A stretch of DNA of 64,000 nt, taken from the NCBI GenBank assembly GCA_964647665.1, contig CAZYIX010000001.1, positions 115,606-179,605 of the forward strand, written 5' to 3'. This stretch comes from an uncultured Candidatus Poseidoniales archaeon (GTDB lineage: Archaea; Thermoplasmatota; Poseidoniia; Poseidoniales; Thalassarchaeaceae). Position 1 is the stretch's first letter. The number at the start of each line of letters is the position of its first letter. The translations under genes were made by a program, and so were the position numbers. Positions 26,976 to 36,349 of this stretch are shown one piece after another. The notes under the pieces are model-generated. The model saw only the letters and a list, made by a program, of their open reading frames with translations, was not told the origin of the DNA and did not search any database.

Positions 26976-28550
26976 GTGGGCGACGCGGAAGCAGCACGCG
27001 CTGGCGAGTCGGGTGACGGTGATGCGCCGATTTGGTGCATGCATTGGGCGGAGGCAGGTGCCTTTGATGCCAATGCGATTGACCTCGGCTTCAACATCGC
27101 TGATCTGATGGAGGCCGCTGGTCAGGCTGTCTCCGGTAGAGCGATGGGAATGCTGCGCGAGATGGAGCGCCCCGCCGGTCCTGTATGGATACTGTGTGGA
27201 GGCGGAAATAACGGCGGAGACGGTTTTGCTGCAGCACTAGGGCTAGCAGAAGATGGAGTCGATGTGCGGCTGCTGGTTAGTGATTTCATTCAGAATAGCG
27301 ATGAGGCACAATTGTTTCGTGACCAATGCGTTGACTCATCACTACCGATATCGATTTGGCCTGATGTTTCGGTGATGAAGGGTACTGGAACACCGGCGCT
27401 GGTAATCGATTGTCTGCTCGGCGCCGGCATGCGTGGCCCAGTCAAGCGGCTGCGCGGCGATATCGAAGCCATTCGCCACTGGCTGGCTGAAAGCCGCGGT
27501 AAGCAGTCGCCGGTATTGGCCTGTGACATTCCGACTGCTCTTGGCTCCACGGATGTCATTGTGGCTACCGAGACAGTCACCTTTGATGCTGAGAAGTGGC
27601 ATATGCGCGATTCCGATGGTGAATTTGTTCCTGAAGTTGGTTCAGTTCGCATCGCTCCGCTGCCGTGGCCAACAACTGTTTCTGACTGCGGCAGAGGAGA
27701 TATTCTGCGCTACCCACCACTCGATGAGAATGCTCGCAAAGGTGACCGCGGCCGTCTACTCGTCATCGGTGGTGGGCCATACCATGGTGCGCCATTACTC
27801 TCCGGTTCCGCTGCTGAACGCAGCGGCTGCGACCTAGTTCACGTCGCGATGCCACGCCAAGCCTCAGAGCGCGCAGAGTGGCCGCTTTCACTGATTCCAG
27901 AGAAGATGTCTGATGCAGCAATCCTCACCGAACAATCCCATGAATCAATCATCAATCGGGTACTGGCCGGTCGGGGCTGTCAAGCGGTGCTGATTGGCCC
28001 CGGTCTAGGTCGTGAATCTGAGACGATGGATGCCGTCCGCCGTCTGCTTGTAGCACTCGCAGACGCCAAAGTGCCGGTGGTCATCGACGCCGATGCAATC
28101 AGAGCCCTTCCCTCTAGGCAATGGCCCAGTGGCATCATTGGAGTTGCCACCCCGCATGAGAAGGAGATGGAGAATTGGATAGGTGGAGAAGACCCAACCG
28201 TAATCTTCGCCATGCGCGCTGAGAGAGAAGGAATAGAACACGACCGAGAGGATGAGTCGATTTGTATCGTGCGAACCGGTGCAGTCGATACGCTATGGGC
28301 TCCAGGAGGGCGTTATTGTCAAGCGCGGGGAGGATACGCACGAATGTCTGTAGGAGGAACCGGCGACCTATTGTCGGGACTGATTGCCGGTTTGATTGCA
28401 CAGGGAATGAGTCCGTGGGCGGCCTCCCGTCTTGGCTGTGCAGTGATGAGGGAGGCTGGCAAGCGAGCAGGAGCTGAATTTGGCCCCGGCCTTGCCGCAG
28501 TTGATGTGCCTCCATTTATTGCTCGAACGTTGGCTGATTGGGTAAGTTGA
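26976..28550 (+). CDS. nnr: Bifunctional NAD(P)H-hydrate repair enzyme Nnr (epimerase + ADP-dependent dehydratase)
   Basis: YjeF-N motif GGGNNGGDG and a C-terminal carbohydrate-kinase-like domain with GGGP...GTGD-type motifs (GTGDLLSGLIAG). Confidence 0.8.
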   Translation: MGDAEAARAGESGDGDAPIWCMHWAEAGAFDANAIDLGFNIADLMEAAGQAVSGRAMGMLREMERPAGPVWILCGGGNNGGDGFAAALGLAEDGVDVRLLVSDFIQNSDEAQLFRDQCVDSSLPISIWPDVSVMKGTGTPALVIDCLLGAGMRGPVKRLRGDIEAIRHWLAESRGKQSPVLACDIPTALGSTDVIVATETVTFDAEKWHMRDSDGEFVPEVGSVRIAPLPWPTTVSDCGRGDILRYPPLDENARKGDRGRLLVIGGGPYHGAPLLSGSAAERSGCDLVHVAMPRQASERAEWPLSLIPEKMSDAAILTEQSHESIINRVLAGRGCQAVLIGPGLGRESETMDAVRRLLVALADAKVPVVIDADAIRALPSRQWPSGIIGVATPHEKEMENWIGGEDPTVIFAMRAEREGIEHDREDESICIVRTGAVDTLWAPGGRYCQARGGYARMSVGGTGDLLSGLIAGLIAQGMSPWAASRLGCAVMREAGKRAGAEFGPGLAAVDVPPFIARTLADWVS

Positions 28551-28599
28551 GTCACACCCCTAAAGTGAGGATTGAAGACTAGAATCTCGTGGGCGGCTC

Positions 28600-29202
28600 A
28601 TGCCGTCAGTACGTGAGTGGGTCGCCATCAGCGGTGTCATCGCTCTAGTGCTGATTCCCATCTGTTGGTATTTCTGGAAGAAGTTTGACCTTCCATCTCC
28701 TCTTGCTCGGTTGGAAATGTCTCGAAGGAGGCGCGAAAGGGATGTCCGGGAGGCATTCCAGCGTGAGGAAGCCAAACTGCTTGAAATACAGCGTGTTGAG
28801 GCTCAAATGGAACTCTCCCGCAAGAAAGCACAGGCCCCGGCTCCTGTGGAGAAGGGTGAGTTGTATTCCGCATTTGGCAATCTTTCTGGCGAGGAGCAAG
28901 CCCCCTCCACTATTCAAGCGACGGGACCTGAAACCGATTCCACTGGTACTGAAGTGATGGATGGCAGTACAGATGTCAGGCGAGATGACAGCATCGAGTT
29001 CGAAGCATCTGAGGTGTCTGCTCTAGTTGATTCTCTCGATGATTCCGCCATCTCGGATGGCGGAGAGGCGCAGTCAGACGCCCCTAAAATTATGCAATTT
29101 CAGAGTTCTTCTAATGATGAGAGCGATACGAAAGCAGCCGATTCGGTAGATTGGTCTGACCCCTCAGATGAACCAGATGATTGGAAAGAAGTGAATTGGT
29201 GA
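28600..29202 (+). CDS. Membrane-anchored coiled-coil protein with acidic Ser/Asp-rich C-terminus, hypothetical
   Basis: N-terminal TM (VAISGVIALVLIPICWYFW), a basic coiled-coil stretch, then a low-complexity acidic tail. Confidence 0.4.
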   Translation: MPSVREWVAISGVIALVLIPICWYFWKKFDLPSPLARLEMSRRRRERDVREAFQREEAKLLEIQRVEAQMELSRKKAQAPAPVEKGELYSAFGNLSGEEQAPSTIQATGPETDSTGTEVMDGSTDVRRDDSIEFEASEVSALVDSLDDSAISDGGEAQSDAPKIMQFQSSSNDESDTKAADSVDWSDPSDEPDDWKEVNW

Positions 29203-29206
29203 TGTT

Positions 29207-29794
29207 TTGGCTGAAGACAAGAAGCGTCGTTTTACCCGCAACAATGCAAAAAATCTCGCCGCCAGAACCGGTTCTGGCGCTAAGAGAATGGCCAGTTCCT
29301 CTGGACGTAGGATGAAACAGAGTGTTGACAATCTAAACGAGCGAATGGTAGCAATAGAGTGGACTCCAAAGAAGATGATAATTGAGTTCATGAAGTTCAA
29401 TGTCACTGGCACTTTCAACGCTGCCTTTGCTTTCGTGCTCTACGAGATATTCTACTGGCTCAATCTATGGGATTCTCATCGAGCAGTTGCTGCTTGGGTG
29501 GTTTCGGCATTTATCGGGCAAATCGAGGCGCACTTCATGCATTATCGCTATACTTTCAAGTCTGGAGCAGTATATCTGACCAGTTTGAAATGGGCGGTCA
29601 TCTGCTACAGCAGTCTGCTGGTAGTCTCGACGATTTCAGAGTATATTCTGGTCGAACAGATGTTCATCCACCATCGCTTCGCTTGGGCCATCAACACCTG
29701 TATGTTCGGTTTCATCAATTTCGCTCTAATTCGTTGGCTTTCATTCCCGCCAGAACAGGATTTGGAGCATTTGCTACGAATCGAAGAAGAATGA
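29207..29794 (+). CDS. GtrA-like polysaccharide-synthesis membrane protein (4 TM)
   Basis: 195 aa. The FMKFNVTGTFNAAFAFVLYEIFYW start resembles GtrA-family helix 1. A basic N-terminal extension is present. Confidence 0.4.
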   Translation: MAEDKKRRFTRNNAKNLAARTGSGAKRMASSSGRRMKQSVDNLNERMVAIEWTPKKMIIEFMKFNVTGTFNAAFAFVLYEIFYWLNLWDSHRAVAAWVVSAFIGQIEAHFMHYRYTFKSGAVYLTSLKWAVICYSSLLVVSTISEYILVEQMFIHHRFAWAINTCMFGFINFALIRWLSFPPEQDLEHLLRIEEE

Positions 29795-29866
29795 CGCTTG
29801 AATCGCTGTTAAGCCGGTCCGCAGCGTCTGTTAGTTTGAAGAAGCCTGCTCGCTCGGGTTCTCTCC

Positions 29867-31180
29867 ATGGTACAACGCCCGCGAGGTACCCGGGACTTCG
29901 GTCCAGACGAGATGGGTCGACGCGTGGCGTTCGAGAGATTATGTGACGAAGTTGGCACTAAATTCGGATTCACTCGAGTGGCAACGCCGACATTTGAGAG
30001 GCTTGAGTTGTTCACTGCCAAGTCCGGTCAGGGCATTATCGACCAGTTGTATGCATTCAAAGATCGCAGCGAACGAGACCTCACTCTACGTCCTGAATTG
30101 ACAGCTCCTGTGATGAGGATGGTCGCTGAGAAAGGCGGACAGATTTCCAAGCCGGCTCGCTGGTCCTACTTCGGCCCTTGCTTCCGCTATGAGGAATCAA
30201 AGGCAGGCAGATACCGTGAATTCTGGCAATATGGCTGTGAGATCATTGGAGCGAGTGGAACTCTTGTCGAGGCCGAAGTCATCGCATTCGCCTGTTCGCT
30301 GCTCGATGCTTGTGGCCTGAACGGGTGGGTCTTGCGAATCGGACATGTGGGTATTCTGCGAGATGCACTTGCAGCCCTCGGTATGTCCGAAGATGCGACC
30401 AGCGATGTGATGCGGCTTCTCGACAAGGGAGAGATTGCAGCGCTTGCTGGCAAGGGAGTTCCTGAAGAAGCCTGTGAGAAATTGGCAGCATTGGCGGCAC
30501 TCGACGGGGGGGTCGAAACGATACCTGCCGCACGCGATATCCTTGCATCGATGGGTGCACAAACCGATTCACTTGCTCAATTGGAGTCGATGCTTTCCTC
30601 GTTGGCAGCGATGACTCCGGGAATTGCTGGAGCAGCCTCGCCACAGATTGACCTGACAGTGGCACGTGGCCTCGACTACTACACCGGTGTGGTCTTTGAG
30701 GTCGAAGTGGATGAACTAGGAGGCGAGGGACAGGTGCTTGGCGGAGGCTCCTACAATCTGCTACACCTATTTGGCTTGGAAGACCTAGACCCATGCTGCG
30801 GCTTTGGTCTTGGATTTGACAGAGTGTTGTCTGCACTTGAGAAGCAGGCAGAGCGTGAGAATCGCGACGAGGTGGTTCCCGGCCAGTCTGCGGGCGGCAG
30901 CCTTGCGGTAATTCCGTTCAACATTGATGCCGATGCTGTATTGCCTCTTGTTGCCGCGCTACGCGCGGCGGGCGTAGCGGTTGTTGTCGAATTGCGCACC
31001 CGCAATCTAGGCCGCTCAATGAGTTGGGCTAACAATGCTGGAGCAGCCTTTGCTCTGGTAATTGGACCCCGTGACATCGAGTCCGGCCAAACCATGGTGA
31101 AGCGGCTTTCAGATGGAGAGCAGGCTGCGTGCTCTCTCGATGCAGAAGCGATTGCAGGTGCAGTTGCAAGCCTACGCTAA
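29867..31180 (+). CDS. hisS: Histidine--tRNA ligase
   Basis: MVQRPRGTRDFGPDEM class II motif at the N-terminus, FRYE...GRYREF motif 2, GGGSYNLL / FGLGFDR motif 3, and a C-terminal anticodon-binding domain. Confidence 0.9.
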   Translation: MVQRPRGTRDFGPDEMGRRVAFERLCDEVGTKFGFTRVATPTFERLELFTAKSGQGIIDQLYAFKDRSERDLTLRPELTAPVMRMVAEKGGQISKPARWSYFGPCFRYEESKAGRYREFWQYGCEIIGASGTLVEAEVIAFACSLLDACGLNGWVLRIGHVGILRDALAALGMSEDATSDVMRLLDKGEIAALAGKGVPEEACEKLAALAALDGGVETIPAARDILASMGAQTDSLAQLESMLSSLAAMTPGIAGAASPQIDLTVARGLDYYTGVVFEVEVDELGGEGQVLGGGSYNLLHLFGLEDLDPCCGFGLGFDRVLSALEKQAERENRDEVVPGQSAGGSLAVIPFNIDADAVLPLVAALRAAGVAVVVELRTRNLGRSMSWANNAGAAFALVIGPRDIESGQTMVKRLSDGEQAACSLDAEAIAGAVASLR

Positions 31181-32020
31181 TCACTTGTCTTCGGTTTTCT
31201 TAGAAGGTCGAATCAGCGCTGCAGCGGCAAGCCCACCAACTCCGATAAGTGCTGTGAAGCCAGGTGTATCTTCGCTGTCATCATCGTTGCCTTCATCGAG
31301 AATATCATCGGCAGCGGTATCGTTGAGAACCGGGAACATCACCGTCGCGTTGTAGGAAGAATCAGGGTGCTGCTCATCGTTGTAGTATAGCCTGAACTCG
31401 GCATCGCTGCCGAAAAAGCCTAAGAAACCCGACGTCGGCTTGAGTACCATGGTGAATTTGATTGCTGGTTCATCCTGACTCTTGTTCCACTCGACCAAAT
31501 CCGGGTACACCGGCAACTGCCAGTGGACGTCATTCTCACCACTTTCCAGATTTGCGAACTCTTGCGTGTAGGCATCGACGCCGCCTCGCATCAAAGTAAC
31601 ATTCAGGTTCTCACAATCACCGGCACATTCACCTTGTCCGTTGCGCCATTCCCCACCGATTTCAATCTTGAATCGCATATGGATATCCTCACCCTCTGCA
31701 AGCAGTATCTTGTTCTTGACGAAAGTCTCCATTCTGCAGGTCACCTCGATGTTGAGGGTGCCGCTGCCCGAAGTTTCCTCGCCGTATCCGTCGTTGGCGT
31801 TATCCTCATCAGAGGCATTGAAGTGGCCCCAGCAAGGCTGCATGGTATCCCTGCCATACAGGAACATCGTGTTGTTGACATGGTCGGGCTGACCATCGCT
31901 GGAACCACCTTGCATCACACCCAACTCAGCATTCGTAACCGGTTGAGCTACGCTCGGGGTTGCCAACAGCACCGCCATCAACAAGGCGAATACGCAGAGT
32001 CCCCAACCACGGCTCTCCAT
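31181..32020 (-). CDS. Secreted glycoprotein with PGF-CTERM archaeosortase sorting signal
   Basis: Signal peptide, several N-x-S/T sequons, an acidic linker (DEGNDDDSEDT), then PGF-TALIGVGGLAAAALI-RPSKK, the PGF motif plus TM helix plus basic tail characteristic of PGF-CTERM. Confidence 0.6.
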   Translation of the reverse strand: MESRGWGLCVFALLMAVLLATPSVAQPVTNAELGVMQGGSSDGQPDHVNNTMFLYGRDTMQPCWGHFNASDEDNANDGYGEETSGSGTLNIEVTCRMETFVKNKILLAEGEDIHMRFKIEIGGEWRNGQGECAGDCENLNVTLMRGGVDAYTQEFANLESGENDVHWQLPVYPDLVEWNKSQDEPAIKFTMVLKPTSGFLGFFGSDAEFRLYYNDEQHPDSSYNATVMFPVLNDTAADDILDEGNDDDSEDTPGFTALIGVGGLAAAALIRPSKKTEDK

Positions 32021-32097
32021 AGAGAGACGTGTATCAACAGTATGTATGAGGCTTTGGGGGATGTAAGTCGCTGTCGCTAATCAGCAGGTAAACCGGC

Positions 32098-33270
32098 TCA
32101 ATCGAAGCGTTGAACACCGAATCGACCGCCGCGCTGTTCTCTAGCGATATTGAGGGCTTGGCCGAGAATATCTGGCTCCATTTCCCCTTCGACTATTCGG
32201 TCGCCCGCAACTCCAGTGATGATTGCCATCACCTTGATTGTATCACCAAATCCGGGGTCTTGCCTTGCACCGAAAATGACGTTTGCATCTGGAGACAGTC
32301 GCGCAGTCATCAGTTCGACGACCTGACTTGCCTGTTCGAGAGTCATGTATGGCCCTCCGGTAACATGGATGAGAGCACCGGTTGCTCCGTCGATATCTAT
32401 GTCGAGAAGTGGATGATTGAGTGACTCATGAACGACTTCTTCTGGTCCCCGGTCGCTCTCACCGTACAGCATCATGGTGATGCCTCCTCCACTCATGATG
32501 GTGCGAACGTCAGCGAAGTCGAGATTGATGAGACTGGGCAGAGTGATAGTTTCGACAATTCCCTTGACGATTTCCGCGATGAGTTGGTCCATGATGCTGA
32601 ATGCCTCGTCAAGAGGCAAGTTTGGCACATAATGCAGCAGGCGATTGTTGTCAAGAACCAATACAGCGTCAACCGCTTGGCGAAGCAATTCGAGCCCTTC
32701 TAGAGCGCGTCGCATACGTTGGCGCCGTTCAACATGGAATGGAGTAGTGACTACAGCGACGACCAATGCTCCTCCTCGCTTGGCTTCCTCAGCGACTACC
32801 GGCGCGATGCCAGTGCCGGTTCCACCGCCAAGTCCAGCGGTGATGAAGACCAAATCAGCACCATTGACAATCTTCGAAATGACATCTCGACCGGCTTCCG
32901 CACAACGTCGTCCGGTCGAAGGGTCGCCACCCGCACCGAGTCCTCTGGTGATGTGGCGGCCGACCAGCAACTTCTGCATCGCTCGAGTGTGGTCAAGATG
33001 CTGTTTGTCGGTATTGATTGCTACAGTGATTGCACCCTCGACACCAAGATGGGTAATCCGATTCATCGTGTTGTTACCAGAACCGCCGCATCCGCAAATC
33101 AAAATTCTCGGATTTGGAACCCCAAAATTGCCCATTTCATCGTCGAGAAGTGCGGTGGGCTGTTTCTCATCCATGTCTCGCTTCAACTCCGCAACAAGGT
33201 CACCATACGCCCCTCCCGACGTGGCATCTGTATCCTGCTCCCCATCCATGGTCATACCTGCAAGGTCCAA
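32098..33270 (-). CDS. ftsZ: Cell division GTPase FtsZ
   Basis: Tubulin signature GLGGGTGTG (GGGTGTG) and ICGCGGSGNNTMNRI N-terminal nucleotide-binding segment; acidic N-terminal extension. Confidence 0.9.
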   Translation of the reverse strand: MDLAGMTMDGEQDTDATSGGAYGDLVAELKRDMDEKQPTALLDDEMGNFGVPNPRILICGCGGSGNNTMNRITHLGVEGAITVAINTDKQHLDHTRAMQKLLVGRHITRGLGAGGDPSTGRRCAEAGRDVISKIVNGADLVFITAGLGGGTGTGIAPVVAEEAKRGGALVVAVVTTPFHVERRQRMRRALEGLELLRQAVDAVLVLDNNRLLHYVPNLPLDEAFSIMDQLIAEIVKGIVETITLPSLINLDFADVRTIMSGGGITMMLYGESDRGPEEVVHESLNHPLLDIDIDGATGALIHVTGGPYMTLEQASQVVELMTARLSPDANVIFGARQDPGFGDTIKVMAIITGVAGDRIVEGEMEPDILGQALNIAREQRGGRFGVQRFD

Positions 33271-33426
33271 GTCGTTGTTCAGCCTCTATTAACCGTTGTT
33301 GGAGGGGGCCACATCGTAAGAGCGATTTTGGCCCCCTTCAACCAAGCCCGAATCCTCCTCGTGGAGCAAGATTGTCGTGGTCTCCGAGAAATCAAGAAAT
33401 ACAGCGTGGCGGTGGGCGGTTCACTC

Positions 33427-33531
33427 CCGAGCGTAGCATAGCCTGGCTAATGCACCTGACTGTAGACTGTGAAAACACGGTTGTGGAAGGCAGCCATCAG
33501 GGGATCGCTGGTTCAAATCCGGCCGCTCGGA
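33427..33531 (+). tRNA. tRNA-Tyr (anticodon GUA) with ~30-nt intron at the canonical 37/38 position
   Basis: Read directly. Acceptor CCGAGCG/CGCTCGG. D-arm GCAT-AGCCTGGCTA-ATGC. Anticodon stem CCTGA...TCAGG enclosing CTGTAG + 30 nt + A. T-arm GCTGG-TTCAAAT-CCGGC with discriminator A. The 3' half overlaps the end of the opposite-strand CDS 33497..34003. Confidence 0.55.
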
Positions 33532-34003
33532 CCTTCTTACCTTCAGCGCGCGAACGCAGCGCTGCGAGCCGAGTTTTCAAATCTGGAATCTCTAGTGGCT
33601 CATGTAAGCAGGTGCGACAACTATCGATGAGATAGCCGTTTGAGAGTGCCCTTCTGCCGATGATTAGTCGATGTTTCATTCGGCTTCTGTCGGCTAGAGT
33701 AAACTCGACGGACATTTTGCGGCCTCCTAGCCACAAGTCGGTCTGGATTGTCGGCCGCAACGTAACGTGACCTCCTGAGTCCTTGACCCGCCTCCATCCG
33801 GTGAGTGGAGCAAGGATTGGAGTACCCCCAACATCGAGGCGGAATCTAACCCACATTCCTTCGCAGGTTTCCAGTGGTTCCACATTGAGTGCGTGTAGGG
33901 AACAGGTATTGGCTCCTGAGTCCAACTTTGCATATAGCCGGTGGATGCCAAGGTCTGGTACTGCTATCCATTCGCGCCAGCCAACTATCGTCTGCATGTC
34001 CAT
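33497..34003 (-). CDS. Retropepsin-like aspartic protease (PF05618 'putative ATP-dependent zinc protease'/RimB-like)
   Basis: GWREWIAVPDLGIHRLYAKLDSGANTCSLHA matches the PF05618 core, including the DSGA catalytic motif. The last ~11 codons overlap the tRNA-Tyr gene. Confidence 0.6.
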   Translation of the reverse strand: MDMQTIVGWREWIAVPDLGIHRLYAKLDSGANTCSLHALNVEPLETCEGMWVRFRLDVGGTPILAPLTGWRRVKDSGGHVTLRPTIQTDLWLGGRKMSVEFTLADRSRMKHRLIIGRRALSNGYLIDSCRTCLHEPLEIPDLKTRLAALRSRAEGKKVRAAGFEPAIP

Positions 34004-34213
34004 TCATCACCTTGTAAGCCGGCCTGCGCGGTCACGCGCCCTTTCTGAACGTATCGCCTCCAACTGTACATTAACAGCAGCAGTTGGGAGATGGTTGAAT
34101 TCACATTAACTGGTGCGGGAATTATCCCCACTCCTCCTACGGAGGACTTTGGCTCACATCGTCACGGTCATATAGACGGAGCAGGTCGGCGGCTTGCTCC
34201 GAAGGTGGATATC

Positions 34214-34804
34214 ATGACTCGTTCAGTGAATAAGGCAGTCGCGGATATTTGGAAGCGACCCAAAGATGCGCTCCCTTACGACTACCGCCGTGACCGCATG
34301 GCAAAGTGGCGCAGGGAGTCGGTTGTGCACCGAATCGACAAGCCAACTCGCATCGACGCGGCTCGCCGTGTTGGCTACAAGGCCAAGCAAGGTGTTGTGG
34401 TCGTGCGTACACGAGTCCGTCGAGGTGGATTGCGCAAAGGCAAGGTCCACATGAAGCGAAAGCCGTCAAAGGCTGGTATCCTCAAAATCACTATGGCGAA
34501 GTCCATTCAGCGCATCGCTGAGGAGCGTTCCGCCAATAAATACCCGAACCTCGAGGTTCTCAACTCCTACTGGGTTGGCGAGGACGGTCGACACAAATTC
34601 TACGAGGTCATCATGATTGACCCAAGTCACCCCGCAATCAAGGCTGACAAGCAGTTGGGCTGGATTACTGGCAGTCGTCACACCGGCCGAGCCGCACGCG
34701 GCAAGACCAGCGCTGGCAAGCGTGGCCGTGGCCTGCGAAGAAAGGGTAAGGGCGCAGAGAAGATTCGCCCTAGTTTGAAGGCCAACCTGAACCGCGGCAA
34801 GTAA
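34214..34804 (+). CDS. rpl15e: 50S ribosomal protein L15e
   Basis: MTRSVNKAVADIWKRPK start and a basic, R/K-rich body matching L15e. The track start at 34091 adds 41 residues that are not L15e-like; ATG 34214 is preferred. Confidence 0.85.
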   Translation: MTRSVNKAVADIWKRPKDALPYDYRRDRMAKWRRESVVHRIDKPTRIDAARRVGYKAKQGVVVVRTRVRRGGLRKGKVHMKRKPSKAGILKITMAKSIQRIAEERSANKYPNLEVLNSYWVGEDGRHKFYEVIMIDPSHPAIKADKQLGWITGSRHTGRAARGKTSAGKRGRGLRRKGKGAEKIRPSLKANLNRGK

Positions 34805-34866
34805 GCCGCCTTCATCTACGCCCTCGCATCTCTCGTGCCTGCGAAGTTTGATGAGTTGCGCCATTC

Positions 34867-35142
34867 TTGCACCGGCCAATGGGAGAGGCTGAGGTCAGTT
34901 CGCTGCGCGGGATGGCGGTCATCTTGCCTGACGGAAGATTTCTTGGTAATGTCCACGATACTGTTGTAGACACAGAAACCTGGTGTTGTTCGCATTTATT
35001 TGTCGCAGACCCGCCAGAGGAAATGGCCGAGGAGCGCATTCATCTTGCAATTCCATGGCGTTGGGTAAAAGGGGTCAGCGATGTCATTCTTTTGCGTTGG
35101 TTTCCGCCCACACCGATTCCCCGTCACCCTCTGAACCCTTGA
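34867..35142 (+). CDS. Small PRC-barrel-like protein, hypothetical
   Basis: 91 aa. LRGMAVILPDGRFLGNVHDTVVDTET resembles PRC-barrel strands. Weak. Confidence 0.3.
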   Translation: MHRPMGEAEVSSLRGMAVILPDGRFLGNVHDTVVDTETWCCSHLFVADPPEEMAEERIHLAIPWRWVKGVSDVILLRWFPPTPIPRHPLNP

Positions 35143-35151
35143 TATGGGACG

Positions 35152-36333
35152 ATGTTCCCCGATAGTTTGGGTGGTGGCTGCTCACGCGGGCTCCTTCCAA
35201 TTGACGCGAGAGGTGAACCAGTGCTTGAACTCCATGTGCTCGGCACGTCTTCGGCACGTTTCGCTCACGGCCGTGCAGTCTCTGGCTCAGTGTTGTCAAC
35301 TCCGGGCGGCCTCGCTCTAATCGACTGCGGCGAGGGCATGCAGCAGCGCGTTATCGATCATAATCGTGCACTGAAGGCTGCTGGAATTCAAACTCGTACT
35401 CGCCTCTCTCGCGTACGCGCAATACTACTGACGCACGGTCATCTCGACCATTGTTGGGGTGTGCTTCCATTATTGCAAACTCTGGCGTTGGACCGCAGAA
35501 AAGACCCGCTCACCATCATCGGGCCGACCAGCAAAGCAGCACTAAAGTGGGTAGCAGAACATCCTGGTGAATCGCCACCAGAAGGTAGTGGGGTGTATTC
35601 CACTGACCTGGCAATTCAGTGCGCGATGTGGCAGAGCCTTGGCAGCAAGGACGAGGACTTCGGGTATCCGATTGACTGGGTTTTGGTTCCAATCGATGGA
35701 GACGAGCCCTTTGAAGCCCCAGTGCAGCCTCTGGAAGGAGTCACACTGACGATGATTCCTACTCTGCATGGCATACCGTCGTGTGGTTGGCTGGTCGTCG
35801 GTCAAGGCAAATCTGGTCAGTTTGACCGCGACAAAGCGGATTCAGCAAATTTGACCCGAACTGAGAGGAGTCGGCTGGCTGCCGGTGAGGACGTCGAAAA
35901 GGCCGGTGAACTGCTGTTAGCAGCGGAATTTCGTGGACCTCCCCGTTTGGGACGCAGTTTGTTGGTTACAGGTGATACTGCTGCTAGCGTTGCCGGCTTG
36001 CAGCCAGATGCATTGCCAACAACGCCTGATTTGCTAATCCACGAGGCGACTTTCACCGCTGAGAATCAGGAGAAAGCGACGCTGTACAATCATTCGACTG
36101 CAGCTGATGCAGCGCTAGCTGCCACCTCTTGTGGCGCTCGCGCGCTCGGAATGACTCATTTTTCCAGCCGTATAGATAGGCTCAGTCCATCGGTAAGTGA
36201 GGCTCGTGAGCACTTTCGCGGACCAATCTGCGCCTGTTGTGAAGGAGATTGGTTTCACATTGATTCTGAAGGGACCATCACCCACAATGTGCGCTGTGAT
36301 GATGATTGGAACTCCCAGCGATTAGAGACTTGA
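35152..36333 (+). CDS. rnz: Ribonuclease Z / MBL-fold metallo-hydrolase (tRNA 3' processing)
   Basis: LHVLGTSSA...LIDCGEGMQQRV and LLTHGHLDHCWGVLPLL (HxHxDH) match RNase Z motifs I/II. Longer than typical RNase Z (insertions). Confidence 0.7.
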   Translation: MFPDSLGGGCSRGLLPIDARGEPVLELHVLGTSSARFAHGRAVSGSVLSTPGGLALIDCGEGMQQRVIDHNRALKAAGIQTRTRLSRVRAILLTHGHLDHCWGVLPLLQTLALDRRKDPLTIIGPTSKAALKWVAEHPGESPPEGSGVYSTDLAIQCAMWQSLGSKDEDFGYPIDWVLVPIDGDEPFEAPVQPLEGVTLTMIPTLHGIPSCGWLVVGQGKSGQFDRDKADSANLTRTERSRLAAGEDVEKAGELLLAAEFRGPPRLGRSLLVTGDTAASVAGLQPDALPTTPDLLIHEATFTAENQEKATLYNHSTAADAALAATSCGARALGMTHFSSRIDRLSPSVSEAREHFRGPICACCEGDWFHIDSEGTITHNVRCDDDWNSQRLET

Positions 36334-36349
36334 GTCTCTACACACCCGT

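Noticed and set aside
34091-34213. Upstream 41 codons of the rpl15e ORF as called in the ORF track
   Set aside because: The MVEFTLTGAGIIPTPPTEDFGSHRHGH stretch is not L15e-like; conserved L15e N-termini begin at the MTRSVNKAVADIWKRP Met (34214). The extension probably results from an in-frame upstream alternative start codon.
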